This document shows positions 46,012 through 55,578 of a stretch of DNA of 55,578 nt, piece by piece. This stretch comes from a virus (taxonomy: Duplodnaviria; Caudoviricetes). Position 1 is the first letter of the stretch; each line of letters starts with the position of its first letter. Both the position numbers and the translations under genes were made by a program. Location of the stretch: positions 1 to 55,578 of the IMG/VR virus record IMGVR_UViG_3300045120_000280, one strand, 5' to 3'. The notes under the pieces were generated by a model. That model was not told where the DNA came from. It did no database searches and saw nothing but the letters and a program-made list of their open reading frames with translations.

Positions 46012-47154
46012 TTATGGAAGTGGGTTGGGAGTCAGGTCTGAGATTGGTGTCATGACCGTCCATTCTTCGATGTCGCTGTTGTTGTATCCCTGCTTTGCGG
46101 CGTAAGCCTCAATGAACTCAAATTCATTCACCTCAAGAGTGATATGGGGATCATCCGGCGTTTTATCGTAAAGGGCTTCCTGGAAGTCGTCCGGATGAAT
46201 AACGTGCTGCGGCGTCACCCGATAGAACAGACGGGAATCCTTCAGCAATGACCGGATGGTGACATGCGCCTTGACCAGCGAAGGATCATCATCGGTGGGG
46301 TCATGCTTTTCCCACCAGTCCAGCACAATGGTGACATCGGGAACGTGCGGCTGTTTCGCCGCCGCAGGATTAGTGACCACGAAATGATGCCACAGCATGT
46401 CCCTCCCAAGATAGTTTGTAGCTCCAGTTGATCCCGGGTTTGGAACGTATCCCTTCCTTGAGGTCGATGGAGGCACAGGCGGAACACCCTTGCCAAGAGC
46501 TACGGGGAAAAAACGATAAGGAAATTTCCCGCCAGTGAATTTGCTGCAAGGCAGACTAAACATCCCGGCGTTAAATGCCTGCGTCACAAAGAAGGGATAG
46601 ATAAATTCATGATGCTGGGGATCAAACGTCCCATCCGACCCGAACCAGGCATGGGTGGATGGATGATCCCACGTAAAAACGAATGTGCCGCTGTTGGTGA
46701 TTTGGGCCGGGGTCACATGAAGCGGCGGCCTGATCGTAATACCGATTGAGCTGATAGAACCTACGGCGTCCCCCGGGGTGAAGTGAGCCAGAGGAATTTT
46801 ACCGCCCGCGTCGAGCGCAGCGTAGCCGTTGTGCGCTCCTTTACGGGAAAGGAACTCAGCTTTGCTCCCGCGCGCAGCCACCGGAGCATCGGAGATGAAT
46901 ACCAAACCGTCAGTCAACCACGGCGAAGGCATGACACCATTCAGACTGAGCTTACTCTGGTCGATTGCGGCGGTGGCATTCACACTATCGTCGGTCACTG
47001 AGCCGGGAGCTGGCGTTCTTCCTCCTGTCAGCCTGGGGTCATCAATACCTACCAGTCCGTCCGGCACAGGGTCTAACAGGCTGACGTTCCTGATGTCGTA
47101 GTTCTGGCAATCCAGATCATTGGCCAGCACTGCGTTTTCAAGGATAGGGGTCAT
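46012..47154 (-). CDS. Tail fibre-like protein (380 aa), paralog of the adjacent gene 47151..48152
   Basis: MTPILENAVLANDLD...AAIDQSKL.LNG...GYA.LD shared with 47151..48152. Confidence 0.7.
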   Translation of the reverse strand: MTPILENAVLANDLDCQNYDIRNVSLLDPVPDGLVGIDDPRLTGGRTPAPGSVTDDSVNATAAIDQSKLSLNGVMPSPWLTDGLVFISDAPVAARGSKAEFLSRKGAHNGYAALDAGGKIPLAHFTPGDAVGSISSIGITIRPPLHVTPAQITNSGTFVFTWDHPSTHAWFGSDGTFDPQHHEFIYPFFVTQAFNAGMFSLPCSKFTGGKFPYRFFPVALGKGVPPVPPSTSRKGYVPNPGSTGATNYLGRDMLWHHFVVTNPAAAKQPHVPDVTIVLDWWEKHDPTDDDPSLVKAHVTIRSLLKDSRLFYRVTPQHVIHPDDFQEALYDKTPDDPHITLEVNEFEFIEAYAAKQGYNNSDIEEWTVMTPISDLTPNPLP

Positions 47155-48152
47155 GGCCAGGGAAGAACGTGAACCGCATTGGAATTGTTCCAGCCGACGC
47201 GGGATGAATATATCCAGACACCCGTGGAAGAATTAGGAACAGTGACATACCCGGGGTTAGGAAACTCAGCAAAGCCAGTTGAGTTGGAGGTAACTGAATA
47301 GAAAAACACCACATCTCCCACCGTGCTTCCGGCAAAAACCTTGGTGTTGCTGCTGCCATCGGCCTGTTTGGAAAAAGTCGGGTCTGGCAGCTGGGGCTGG
47401 TATCCAACGGCGACAATGGGAGCCGCCATAAAAGTCATATTGCGAGCCAGGTAATCAGTGGGATCGCCAGTGCTCGGCCCGGGGTCTGGGACAGCTCCAG
47501 GAGCGGAACCTGCTCCATAGATTGCGACAGTCATCCTGTCCGAAGGAAACTGCCCGCTGGTTACCTGTGCCGCGTTGAGGTTTGGGACAAGCGATATTGG
47601 GATCGGAGTGTACTGGAAGGTTGGTGCTCCACTTCCCGAAATGCGACCAAACCACGCCGCATCAGACATTGGCAGCCATCCAATTTTGAATACTCCGGAG
47701 CCGGTTATGGGATTTGTGCTCCCGGGCAACAGTACCAGTTCCGGAGGCAGTGTAATTCCCACCGAGGTAACGGTGGCCAGCCCGACTGAATCAGGCAGCA
47801 TGGACACCGGTATTTGCCCGGTGTTGTCCAGTCCGGCGTAACCACCCGGCTGATTCTTATTGGAAAGGTATTCGGCCAAATCCCCAGGGGCTGCTGTACC
47901 TGCCGTAGTACCCAGCCACGCCGTGGGGATTGAGCCGTTCAAATTGAGTTTAGACTGGTCAATGGCGGCATCGGGAGCTACCGAAGCATTGACGACGCTC
48001 CCTGGGATTGGCTCACGGACGTCAGTCAGCCTGATGTCATCACTTGTGGCCAGGTTGAGGGGAACCGGGTCAAGGGATTTGACGTTAAGCAAGCTGTGAA
48101 ACTGAGCATCGAGATCAGTTCCCAGCACTGAGTCTTCAATGATTGGTGTCAT
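47151..48152 (-). CDS. Tail fibre-like protein (333 aa)
   Basis: Paralog of 46012..47154. Confidence 0.7.
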   Translation of the reverse strand: MTPIIEDSVLGTDLDAQFHSLLNVKSLDPVPLNLATSDDIRLTDVREPIPGSVVNASVAPDAAIDQSKLNLNGSIPTAWLGTTAGTAAPGDLAEYLSNKNQPGGYAGLDNTGQIPVSMLPDSVGLATVTSVGITLPPELVLLPGSTNPITGSGVFKIGWLPMSDAAWFGRISGSGAPTFQYTPIPISLVPNLNAAQVTSGQFPSDRMTVAIYGAGSAPGAVPDPGPSTGDPTDYLARNMTFMAAPIVAVGYQPQLPDPTFSKQADGSSNTKVFAGSTVGDVVFFYSVTSNSTGFAEFPNPGYVTVPNSSTGVWIYSSRVGWNNSNAVHVLPWP

Positions 48153-48781
48153 GGTGTTCTTGCTGCCAGGAAGTAATGTTGCCCGGAACGCGGTGTTGGG
48201 TTCACCGACAGAGTGAAATCGCTGATCGTTTTGGCTGTCACCTGAACCCGTATGATGGCCTGACCGGCAGGCGGATCGAGCAGGTTCTCCACGCGCAGTT
48301 CACTGAACCCGTAATCAGTGTTGCTGCGCGGATTAGTGAATGGAACAACCATCGTGCTGGAAGGCGGCATCAGGAGATAGATGCTTTCCGGTGCATCAAT
48401 CTGGACAAGAGAGCTTGTCCGGACAACGGTGACCCTCCAGTGCAGGACATAAACTGATCCGGGCGGTGCCTGTGGACTGGGCGGGGGAACGCCAGCGGCA
48501 AACACCACTTGGAAACCGTAGGTTTTCCTGACTGTCGGGACAATATGAAGTCCTCCTGCGTGCGGGATTCCCTCCGCATCCACGTAGAGATACTCAAAGT
48601 TGTAGTTGATGCTGATCTTAGGAACCCGGAACAGAATCTCTGCGTGAGTCTGTCCCGTGACCAGCTCCAGCTCCCCGCGTTCATCCAGGTCACTGGTAGT
48701 GCCAGCAACATCGACTAGGAAGTCGCCCTCCGGCTCAAGGAGCTGAATCGTATCGCACTCGATTGATCCCGGGCTGCTCAT
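48149..48781 (-). CDS. Beta-rich virion protein (210 aa) with an internal two-domain repeat
   Basis: F..PK...NYNFE.LYVD...KT.YGF versus F..PR...DYGFS.LRVE...KT.SDF. Confidence 0.65.
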   Translation of the reverse strand: MSSPGSIECDTIQLLEPEGDFLVDVAGTTSDLDERGELELVTGQTHAEILFRVPKISINYNFEYLYVDAEGIPHAGGLHIVPTVRKTYGFQVVFAAGVPPPSPQAPPGSVYVLHWRVTVVRTSSLVQIDAPESIYLLMPPSSTMVVPFTNPRSNTDYGFSELRVENLLDPPAGQAIIRVQVTAKTISDFTLSVNPTPRSGQHYFLAARTP

Positions 48782-48942
48782 TGATGACCCTGTATTGCGT
48801 GGATTGCCCCGCCTCCCATCAGGAATGCAAGAAGTCCTGTCCAGAACATGATCCGCCCGACCTCAACGATCTTGGGATTCGATGACAGGACGTACATCAG
48901 CAGTCCGATTATGGAGACTAGGAGTGGGAGATAGATTATCAT
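48778..48942 (-). CDS. Holin-like protein with 2 TM segments (54 aa, MIIYLPLLVSIIGLLMYVL...)
   Basis: Translated by hand; two hydrophobic helices; stop is ATGA-coupled to the next gene. Confidence 0.6.
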   Translation of the reverse strand: MIIYLPLLVSIIGLLMYVLSSNPKIVEVGRIMFWTGLLAFLMGGGAIHAIQGHQ

Positions 48943-49156
48943 GGTTGTTGTCTTTCTGTGTTGATGGTTGAACTAACTGCTGCAATTCCCGGAGTGCGCC
49001 ACTTATCTGGGCAAACCGGGTCTGGTTTTGAACTACCTGCTGTTGAAACTCCTGGTTAATTTTCTGGTTCTGCTGCACCATCGCGTTGTGGGCTGTCTCC
49101 AGCGTATTGCGCTCATTGACCAGTTCCGTGATTCTTGCTTGGATTTGTTCGTTCAT
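48863..49156 (-). CDS. Coiled-coil protein (97 aa)
   Basis: Q-rich heptads; ATGA-coupled to the upstream gene. Confidence 0.65.
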   Translation of the reverse strand: MNEQIQARITELVNERNTLETAHNAMVQQNQKINQEFQQQVVQNQTRFAQISGALRELQQLVQPSTQKDNNHDNLSPTPSLHNRTADVRPVIESQDR

Positions 49157-49485
49157 GGTTTTCTTTCTAGCGTCTGGAGTCGCGCACGTAAATCTTCAAG
49201 TTGCTTGTCCCTGATCTGCTGTTCCAGGTCGATGAGCTTGGCTTCCTGCCGTGCCTGGGTTCGCAGATACTCGTCGTGGAACAGCTTGAAGGAAGTGGTT
49301 CCCTGACTGTCCATGCGCTCGATTCGCGGAGCAGTCTCCGTTTTCCAGTCCACGACCTCTGCAATTTTATTGGTGCGCTGTCCGACGCCGTAAAAAAACC
49401 CGAGGACACCAACGGCAGCAATGATAATCGGGAGGCCGATAGCAACCCACTTTGCCTTTCCGTTCCCGTTATGTTGTTCAGCCAT
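49153..49485 (-). CDS. Single-TM protein with a coiled coil (holin/spanin-like)
   Basis: WVAIGLPIIIAAVGVLGFFYG followed by a coiled coil. Confidence 0.65.
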   Translation of the reverse strand: MAEQHNGNGKAKWVAIGLPIIIAAVGVLGFFYGVGQRTNKIAEVVDWKTETAPRIERMDSQGTTSFKLFHDEYLRTQARQEAKLIDLEQQIRDKQLEDLRARLQTLERKP

Positions 49486-49489
49486 GTCA

Positions 49490-50941
49490 TTAGAAATACT
49501 CTGTTACGATGATTCCCCCTGCTGCTCCTGCACCGCCAGCAAACCCCGTTGCGCTGTTGGACGCTGCTCCAGACCCGCCTCCACCAAACGAACGACCGAC
49601 ACCACCAGCAGCCGCATTTACGGCACCTACAGTTGTTCCTCCCCATTGTGACGAACCGCCAGTGCCTCCCTTTCCGATGCCCCCCCCTTGGACAATTCCA
49701 TGATCTCCGTAGCTTCCACTAAATCCATAATTACCAAGGCTGCCCGTTCCACCAAGTCCACCTATGCCAGCAAAGGTAGCAACGGTGCTGCCCGTTGCGC
49801 TGTTAAGCCCACCAACGCCACCACCCGCCGTGCAAACGCTCGGGCTGTCAAAGGTCGTACTTCCTCCTGTGCCGCCGTCAGTGGGAGTAGCTGCTCCAGC
49901 AGTTCCGCCAGCACCAATCACCACCGTGTAGCTGGCTTTAAGGCCACTGGTTAAAAGAGCAACCTCGTATCCCCCACCGCCACCGCCGCCGCCTGTCGTG
50001 CAGGTTCCAGCACTCGCTTTCGCTCCTCCGCCTCCTCCTCCGCCACCGAGGCATTCAACCTTGATGGAGCGAACACCTGTCGTGCATGTAAAAGTGCCGG
50101 ACGCGGCTATGGCGGTAACCTTGGGCGGCGTCAGGGCGTAAAATCCCTTCGTCCCACTGGCGTTGGTTCCGTAGTACTGACTGTTGCCCGGGGAAGCGGT
50201 GGAAATGGTATCCAGATCAGAATCCCATGCCTGAACATTGGTGCCTATGACAAGGCCAAGGCTGGTGCGCCCCGTGGCGGCGACAAGGCTGGTTGCGCCA
50301 CCGTCCCACCGAAGGTTGTTGGTGAACGCCGTGTCCCAGTTGGATCGGTTATCAGCCACGACGGCATAAACACCACTCGCTACAGTAACGAGGCCCGTGC
50401 CTGTTCCTGCCTGAATAGACTTGCCACCCGCGCCATTGAACACACAAATTTGACCCGAGGACACCGACACCGGAAAGTCGCTGGCTTTGATCTGCGCGTC
50501 ATTGGTGACGTTGTTAAGACCAATGCTGGTCAGATGCGTTGCTGCACTCTCGGCTACTACGGTATTGCCTACCAGAATCTTCGGAAACGTGACTGCATTT
50601 GGATTTGTGAGCGTGAATAAACTTTGACCAACGGTTGTGCCACCAAGGCTGGTTCTGCCAGTGGCGGCAGTCAATCCCGTCGCGCCTCCGTCCCACTGTT
50701 TTGTGGTATCGGCAACACCTTGAATATGTGTGGCGTCCGTCCACAAAGCTATTTGCCCTACGGTCGGGACGCCTGAATTGCTGACGTTACCGCTGGAGCT
50801 GGCCAGTCCCAGCATGACCCAGTTTGTGCCATCGTGGTAATAGAACTGCTTGTCGGTCGAGTTGAAATACAACTGCCCTGACAAACCAGATGGTGCGCTG
50901 GCGTAGTTCGGTATCCTTAGACTGGTGGTAACGTCAGGCAT
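49490..50941 (-). CDS. Tail fibre with a Gly-rich C-terminal domain
   Basis: WDGGAT.L.AATGRTSLG occurs twice; SGTFT...GGGGGGG...GAAGGIIVTEY. Confidence 0.8.
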   Translation of the reverse strand: MPDVTTSLRIPNYASAPSGLSGQLYFNSTDKQFYYHDGTNWVMLGLASSSGNVSNSGVPTVGQIALWTDATHIQGVADTTKQWDGGATGLTAATGRTSLGGTTVGQSLFTLTNPNAVTFPKILVGNTVVAESAATHLTSIGLNNVTNDAQIKASDFPVSVSSGQICVFNGAGGKSIQAGTGTGLVTVASGVYAVVADNRSNWDTAFTNNLRWDGGATSLVAATGRTSLGLVIGTNVQAWDSDLDTISTASPGNSQYYGTNASGTKGFYALTPPKVTAIAASGTFTCTTGVRSIKVECLGGGGGGGGAKASAGTCTTGGGGGGGGYEVALLTSGLKASYTVVIGAGGTAGAATPTDGGTGGSTTFDSPSVCTAGGGVGGLNSATGSTVATFAGIGGLGGTGSLGNYGFSGSYGDHGIVQGGGIGKGGTGGSSQWGGTTVGAVNAAAGGVGRSFGGGGSGAASNSATGFAGGAGAAGGIIVTEYF

Positions 50942-50942
50942 G

Positions 50943-52517
50943 TTACGAGGGTTGTGTGCCGCCTCCCGCAGCTTGCAGGCCGATGAGCGTTGCCCGTATG
51001 GCGTTTGCAGACTGACTTGCTGAAAAAGTTATGGTGACATTCCCTGTTCCCGGTGCCACAACGACATCAGGAAGAATGATCGCTCCGGTTGCTTCAAGCT
51101 GAACCTGAACAACAATGGCTGCACTTGCGACCATCAGATGGGTGCTTTGCAGAATTGTCCATGTCGTTCCACCCGCTGCCCAGAGCGAGGTGTACCATGT
51201 AGGAACACCGAGATTTGCCCGGGCCTGCGTAGCAGACGTACCATTTGTGCCGCCATGCGCTATGTCGATTGCGGTGGCCATCCACTTCCCAGTGGTAATT
51301 CCAGTGGTTGCCGAAACCGTGGTGATCGAAGACTGACCGACGTAGTTGCTGTCAATGTCGATGCTGTCAACACCTACGAAGATGCGATTGGATGTCCCTA
51401 CGGCATCAATGGTGTTGCCGGTTTTGGTAAGACCGTTTCCTGCGATTGCTGATCCGGCGGAGGAAAACTGAGTCCACAAAATAGCAGTCGCATTGATCGT
51501 CCCGCCCTGGTCTGAAATGCAAGTCCAGCCAGTGTCCTGGTTGATGGTTCCTGTCTCAACCCAGACGTAGGCCGATGGAACTTCAGCCCATGTGTCCTGA
51601 TCCAACGCCCTGACCCATGTTCCGGTTGCACCGGTTCCGGCGGATTGAACATAGTAAATACCGTTATCTTTTTGAAGTGTCTGGTCTTTGACCAGTACGC
51701 GGTCATTGGCAACAAGGGTTACGCCATCGAGAACCTGCGGAGCACCGCCGACAAGGGTGATATTCGCGCCCACTGTCGCCACCCGACACGAAGGATGCGA
51801 GTCCAGCCCCTGGGCAAAAGTATCGACGTAATTCTTTGTGGCGGCTTCCTGTGGGTTAAGAGGATCGCCAACGCCAGTGATGCGCTGACCGTTGAATGGA
51901 ACCGGCGCGGTAGGCGGGTTATTGGTGGCAATCAGGTCAAACCTGGCATCTCCGGGCATTGCCTTCTGGCCCGTTCCTGCCCCGAACGCCAGAGTTCGCA
52001 TGCAAAATGTTCCTACCGCTCCATCCTTGTTAGCCGTAGCCACCTTGGCATCCGTGATAGCCAGAGCCGCCACTGTCGGGTTGGGGTATGTGGAACCGGT
52101 GAGATCACCACCGGCAGTTCCTGTCGGGGTGCGGGAATCACTCAGGCGCGAGTCGTTTCCGGCGCACGCTGTAATCCCGGTTACTCCCAGTGAACGGAGT
52201 GAAGCTGTGCCAGCAGCCTGGTCGCTCATCGACGCATTGCACTTGGCGAGCGTGACAACGCTGGCGGCAATTACGGGGTTGGGATAAGTGCTTCCAAGAA
52301 GGTCACCACCAGCCGCGCCCGTGGGCGGGCCTCCAACACCGGAGGAAGCGTCAGCCGAACGCCATGCCGTTCCGTTCCACCAATAGAATGTGTTGTCGCC
52401 AGTGTTGTAATACATCTGGCCCGTGACCGGGGATGATGGATTTGACCCGAGCTGGTGAAGTCGTTCGTTGCGGATTTCCAGTTTGGCGCAATCGAGTGGT
52501 GCAGCGAGTGTTGGCAT
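50943..52517 (-). CDS. Tail fibre/decoration protein (524 aa)
   Basis: PTG.AGGDL.GSTYPNP occurs twice; AATKNYVD...DRVLVKDQ...NGIY module. Confidence 0.75.
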   Translation of the reverse strand: MPTLAAPLDCAKLEIRNERLHQLGSNPSSPVTGQMYYNTGDNTFYWWNGTAWRSADASSGVGGPPTGAAGGDLLGSTYPNPVIAASVVTLAKCNASMSDQAAGTASLRSLGVTGITACAGNDSRLSDSRTPTGTAGGDLTGSTYPNPTVAALAITDAKVATANKDGAVGTFCMRTLAFGAGTGQKAMPGDARFDLIATNNPPTAPVPFNGQRITGVGDPLNPQEAATKNYVDTFAQGLDSHPSCRVATVGANITLVGGAPQVLDGVTLVANDRVLVKDQTLQKDNGIYYVQSAGTGATGTWVRALDQDTWAEVPSAYVWVETGTINQDTGWTCISDQGGTINATAILWTQFSSAGSAIAGNGLTKTGNTIDAVGTSNRIFVGVDSIDIDSNYVGQSSITTVSATTGITTGKWMATAIDIAHGGTNGTSATQARANLGVPTWYTSLWAAGGTTWTILQSTHLMVASAAIVVQVQLEATGAIILPDVVVAPGTGNVTITFSASQSANAIRATLIGLQAAGGGTQPS

Positions 52518-52526
52518 AGTGCTTGT

Positions 52527-53003
52527 TTAGTTGAAGTAGGCTTTACCGGATGTGGCTGACCCAAACAGGAGGGTTACATTGTTAGCGTCGATGTAATGGA
52601 TGTCTGCGATGATGACGCTTCCTCCGCTGTCCACGATCTCAACCGAAGGAAATTTCCCAAGGCCATGCGTCACCGGCCATGATGCTGAAGGCGCAAGCTG
52701 GGTATAAACGAAAGTCACATCTCCGGAAGCCCCGGGCGGCCCGGTTGGGCCTGGAGGGCCAGGTTCTCCAGGTGTTCCAGGTTCTCCCGGCGGGCCTTCT
52801 TCTCCAGGTATGCCCGGGGTTCCTGGTGATCCTGGCGAACCAGTCTCACCGGCAGGAGAACCGACCTTGACTATGAGTGCGCCACCTGGCTCCTCGATAA
52901 ACACTCCGCCAAAGGGCGAGTCTGGGAAGATAATGTCCACCTGCGCTGGCAGCGGGAAATTCTCCAGCTCCTCAAATTCAATGGTTGGTGTCGGTGACTT
53001 CAT
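52527..53003 (-). CDS. Collagen-like virion protein (158 aa)
   Basis: Gly-X-Y run; C-terminal [14 protein letters not shown] domain. Confidence 0.75.
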   Translation of the reverse strand: MKSPTPTIEFEELENFPLPAQVDIIFPDSPFGGVFIEEPGGALIVKVGSPAGETGSPGSPGTPGIPGEEGPPGEPGTPGEPGPPGPTGPPGASGDVTFVYTQLAPSASWPVTHGLGKFPSVEIVDSGGSVIIADIHYIDANNVTLLFGSATSGKAYFN

Positions 53004-53701
53004 GTGAACATAAAAAATCCTGCCATTTGCTGAACGCTCGGGCCAGCGGGAGGAATTACCTTGAAGGACGCTGCCGCCAGCACCAGGCCAGTGATGTTGT
53101 TCGTCGTGGATAACGTCATCACTGCTGTATCCGCACTGGCTTTCGCCGTGGTGACGCCATACCCGTTTGAATAATGGTTCGTGGAGGTAGCCCCGTTATT
53201 GTTGCCTGCTGCCGTGATGGTGGAGTTGTTGGATGTCCACGTATCATTTGATGCCCGGGCAATGCTGCGAAGGTCAGCTCCGGTCATCACGATCAACTCT
53301 CCCGAGAGAGCGTCTACCGCCGCGAAGGTGCCAGTCAGAGGCGAGCCAGTGCCGCTCGCGCTGCCGGTCTGATCCAGTGGCGATGCCGCGAGATTGCCGG
53401 AAAACTCCGCGAGCTGGGCTGCGATGACGCCGCTGGTAATGGCGGCAATGGTGGGAGCTGTATCCGCGCCAGCCGCGAGCCTGTAATAGATCGTCGCTGA
53501 ACACGACGTTCCGGCTTGCTGTTTACCAATCGACCAGCCTGAAGGCGTGACCGGAAGGGTGGCTATTCCCGACACCGCAACGAAACAGATAAGCAGGTTG
53601 CCGAGGGTTCTGCTTTCGCCCGTTCCAAACGTAGGGCTGACAGCCGCGCTTGCCGCTCCCTGCACCGCTGTTCCTATTGTTCCTACAAGCGCGTAAGCCA
53701 T
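53000..53701 (-). CDS. Thr/Ala/Ser-rich beta protein, possibly receptor-binding (233 aa)
   Basis: Coupled between the two collagen-fibre genes. Confidence 0.65.
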   Translation of the reverse strand: MAYALVGTIGTAVQGAASAAVSPTFGTGESRTLGNLLICFVAVSGIATLPVTPSGWSIGKQQAGTSCSATIYYRLAAGADTAPTIAAITSGVIAAQLAEFSGNLAASPLDQTGSASGTGSPLTGTFAAVDALSGELIVMTGADLRSIARASNDTWTSNNSTITAAGNNNGATSTNHYSNGYGVTTAKASADTAVMTLSTTNNITGLVLAAASFKVIPPAGPSVQQMAGFFMFT

Positions 53702-55413
53702 TAGAAGTTCTCCATCTTGGCGATGTTATCCCACTTGGTATCGAGGCTGTTAAAAATGAATCCCAGATAAGTCGTCTTGCTGGCGATCAGCGTGGTCGGC
53801 GCAGCCATGTCGCTTGAGAAGCGGTATTGAGTTCCCCAACCTGAGAGGGCGCGAGCTGTGCCATCGCACTTCACGCGGAACACCATTGTCTGTCCGTCCA
53901 CCGGGGTTCCTGAAGGATTATTGATGAGCGTCACCGCTGCGGCCTGCGCGGTAGTGATGGTGAAAACATCAGTGGTATCGGCATTGGGCGACCAGGTTGC
54001 ACCGGAAGCCTGCGCGACCACTCGCGGCACAAGTTCCTTATTGCTCAAAACCTGGGTATCAGTGGTTCCGACAATCGCTCCTGTTGGAGCTGTGGCCGCT
54101 GCTGCGCTGCCGCATCCGATGTAAGTGCGAACTGCCGGGCCATCGACCTGTTTAAGTAAATCCCTGCCGTAAGCTGTGGTGGCAATGGCGGCAATGGCGG
54201 TCAGGTCAGCATCAATGGGCTGATAAGTTGCGGTGGCGAAAGTCGTGGTTACCGCGTCCGTGATTCCGTATCCAGCCACGGTTGTTGGCGTTCCAGTCAG
54301 CGCACCCCATGTGCCATTGAAATTGCTTGTCCCCGCTCCAATGTAAGTCCGGGCTGCGGTGGCATCAGCCAGCGGCAGGAAACCACGCCCGAACGCTGTC
54401 GTGGTGAGAGCGGCTATAGCAGTCAGGTCAGTGTCAATCGGCTGGAACGCGGTATTGGCTTCAGTCTTGGTGTAGCAATCGCTGATGCCGTAGCCAGCGA
54501 TGGTGGTCGGAGTGCCGGTTATTGACGACCATGAGTTCGACTCGGCCTGCCATGAATAATTGTAGTTGGTGCCGTCTACCTTCTTGAGCACCTGTCCGGT
54601 GGTGCCGCCCGTGGGAACTGATCCGCTGCCCGTAATGGCACCGATAGGCACTTGCAAGCCAGCACCGGAAACGGTCACTACTTCCGATCCGCCAGCGAGA
54701 AAAGAGAACAGAGGTGTTGAAAAGTAAAATCCAAGCCTGTTGGGAAAACCAGAGCTAACTCCTCCAATGAACAGGCTGCCGAGTTGCCCCGTGGAGTTGT
54801 ACATGACAATGCCCGGGGTCTTGGCGGGATTGTTACTTGTGATATTAAACCGTGGATCATCTCCAGTAAGATTGAGTCCATTGGTCGCGGCGTTGCTGGT
54901 GATGTAGAGTATGTCGTTGGTCTTGTCCCAAGTCAGTCCCGTGTCACCGGCAAACGCACCAGCGTCATTGAACTGAAGCTGCGTGGTCGCACCGCCAGGA
55001 GTTCCGCCTCCGCCTGTTCCCGGCGGGCCTGTTGCTCCGGTGTCGCCAGTGTCGCCTTTCGGGCCTGTTGGCCCAGTTGGGCCTGTTGCCCCGGGGATTC
55101 CCTGCGGGCCTTGCGGGCCGGTTGCTCCTGCCGGGCCTGTTGGCCCTATTGGCCCTGTCGCTCCTGGTGGCCCTGCGGCTCCGGGGTCGCCCTGTGCTCC
55201 ATCCCTTCCATCTTCTCCATCTGCCCCCGGCGGGCCTTCTGCTCCGGGCGGGCCTGGATCACCTTCCGGGCCTTCTGGCCCTTCTGGCCCTTCCGGGCCT
55301 TCGCCTGCTGGAAGTTTAACAGTGATGGAACTCCCCGGAGGCTCGATCTGAACGCCGCCAAACTCAGAGGTCGGGAAAAGCACCTCAACTTCAACTGGGG
55401 AAGGAAAGCTCAT
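53701..55413 (-). CDS. Collagen-like tail fibre (570 aa)
   Basis: About 30 Gly-X-Y triplets; PTT.AGYGI.D..QPID.DLTAIAA repeat occurs twice. Confidence 0.8.
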   Translation of the reverse strand: MSFPSPVEVEVLFPTSEFGGVQIEPPGSSITVKLPAGEGPEGPEGPEGPEGDPGPPGAEGPPGADGEDGRDGAQGDPGAAGPPGATGPIGPTGPAGATGPQGPQGIPGATGPTGPTGPKGDTGDTGATGPPGTGGGGTPGGATTQLQFNDAGAFAGDTGLTWDKTNDILYITSNAATNGLNLTGDDPRFNITSNNPAKTPGIVMYNSTGQLGSLFIGGVSSGFPNRLGFYFSTPLFSFLAGGSEVVTVSGAGLQVPIGAITGSGSVPTGGTTGQVLKKVDGTNYNYSWQAESNSWSSITGTPTTIAGYGISDCYTKTEANTAFQPIDTDLTAIAALTTTAFGRGFLPLADATAARTYIGAGTSNFNGTWGALTGTPTTVAGYGITDAVTTTFATATYQPIDADLTAIAAIATTAYGRDLLKQVDGPAVRTYIGCGSAAAATAPTGAIVGTTDTQVLSNKELVPRVVAQASGATWSPNADTTDVFTITTAQAAAVTLINNPSGTPVDGQTMVFRVKCDGTARALSGWGTQYRFSSDMAAPTTLIASKTTYLGFIFNSLDTKWDNIAKMENF

Positions 55414-55578
55414 GAAGCACTTAAGACCGGGTTTTTGACTTCCACGGTTCCTGCCAGGAACGGCGGCGGGATTGTCCCGTCACCATTGACCCATAACCAG
55501 TTCCATTGGTGAACGCCCAGCTTAAGAACGGTGGTCTGCTCCTTGGTGAGACTCATCGTGGTTTCCCCGGGGTGGTTC
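55410..55578 (-). CDS. 3' part of the junction-spanning gene that starts at 316
   Basis: In frame with 1..316 across the terminal repeat; TGA at 55412-55410. Confidence 0.8.
   Translation of the reverse strand, partial: NHPGETTMSLTKEQTTVLKLGVHQWNWLWVNGDGTIPPPFLAGTVEVKNPVLSAS
55433..55578. repeat. Terminal direct repeat, right copy
   Basis: Matches 1-146. Confidence 0.95.

Noticed and set aside
44451-55413. Diversity-generating retroelement acting on fibre genes
   Set aside because: No reverse transcriptase and no near-identical template/variable repeat pair differing at adenines.
1-55578. Integrase, repressor, tRNA, rRNA or stop-codon reassignment
   Set aside because: None recognised; standard code 11 gives dense, coupled ORFs across the genome.

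Overview
This window looks like a complete, circularly permuted tailed-phage genome of about 55,432 bp: bases 21-146 are identical to 55453-55578, and one gene runs across the junction. The architecture is podovirus-like. A long leftward morphogenesis unit holds the terminases, portal, scaffold and major capsid protein (9843 to 313). It wraps round into tail fibres and collagen-like proteins, holin-like proteins, nozzle and adaptor, ejection proteins and a GH75-like hydrolase (55413 to 30000). A leftward early cassette encodes a MoxR AAA ATPase, a vWA partner and a coiled-coil protein (14012 to 10675). The rightward early/replication arm encodes many small ORFs, a PD-(D/E)XK exonuclease, a primase-helicase followed by an iteron cluster, a beta-class DNA methyltransferase and a glycosyltransferase-FkbM fusion. 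I recognised no integrase, repressor, DNA polymerase, tape measure, tRNA or CRISPR. The most unusual features are: a whole thioredoxin-reductase-like flavoprotein domain inside the 1904-aa ejection protein; an insertion carrying a synonymously recoded duplicate of its host gene's 3' end; CCCGGG enrichment in promoters and the putative pac region alongside a Cfr9I/SmaI-like methyltransferase, against strong avoidance of other restriction sites; tandem RNA pseudoknots; and apparently leaderless early promoters. All family assignments and motif counts were made by eye, not by database search or computation.
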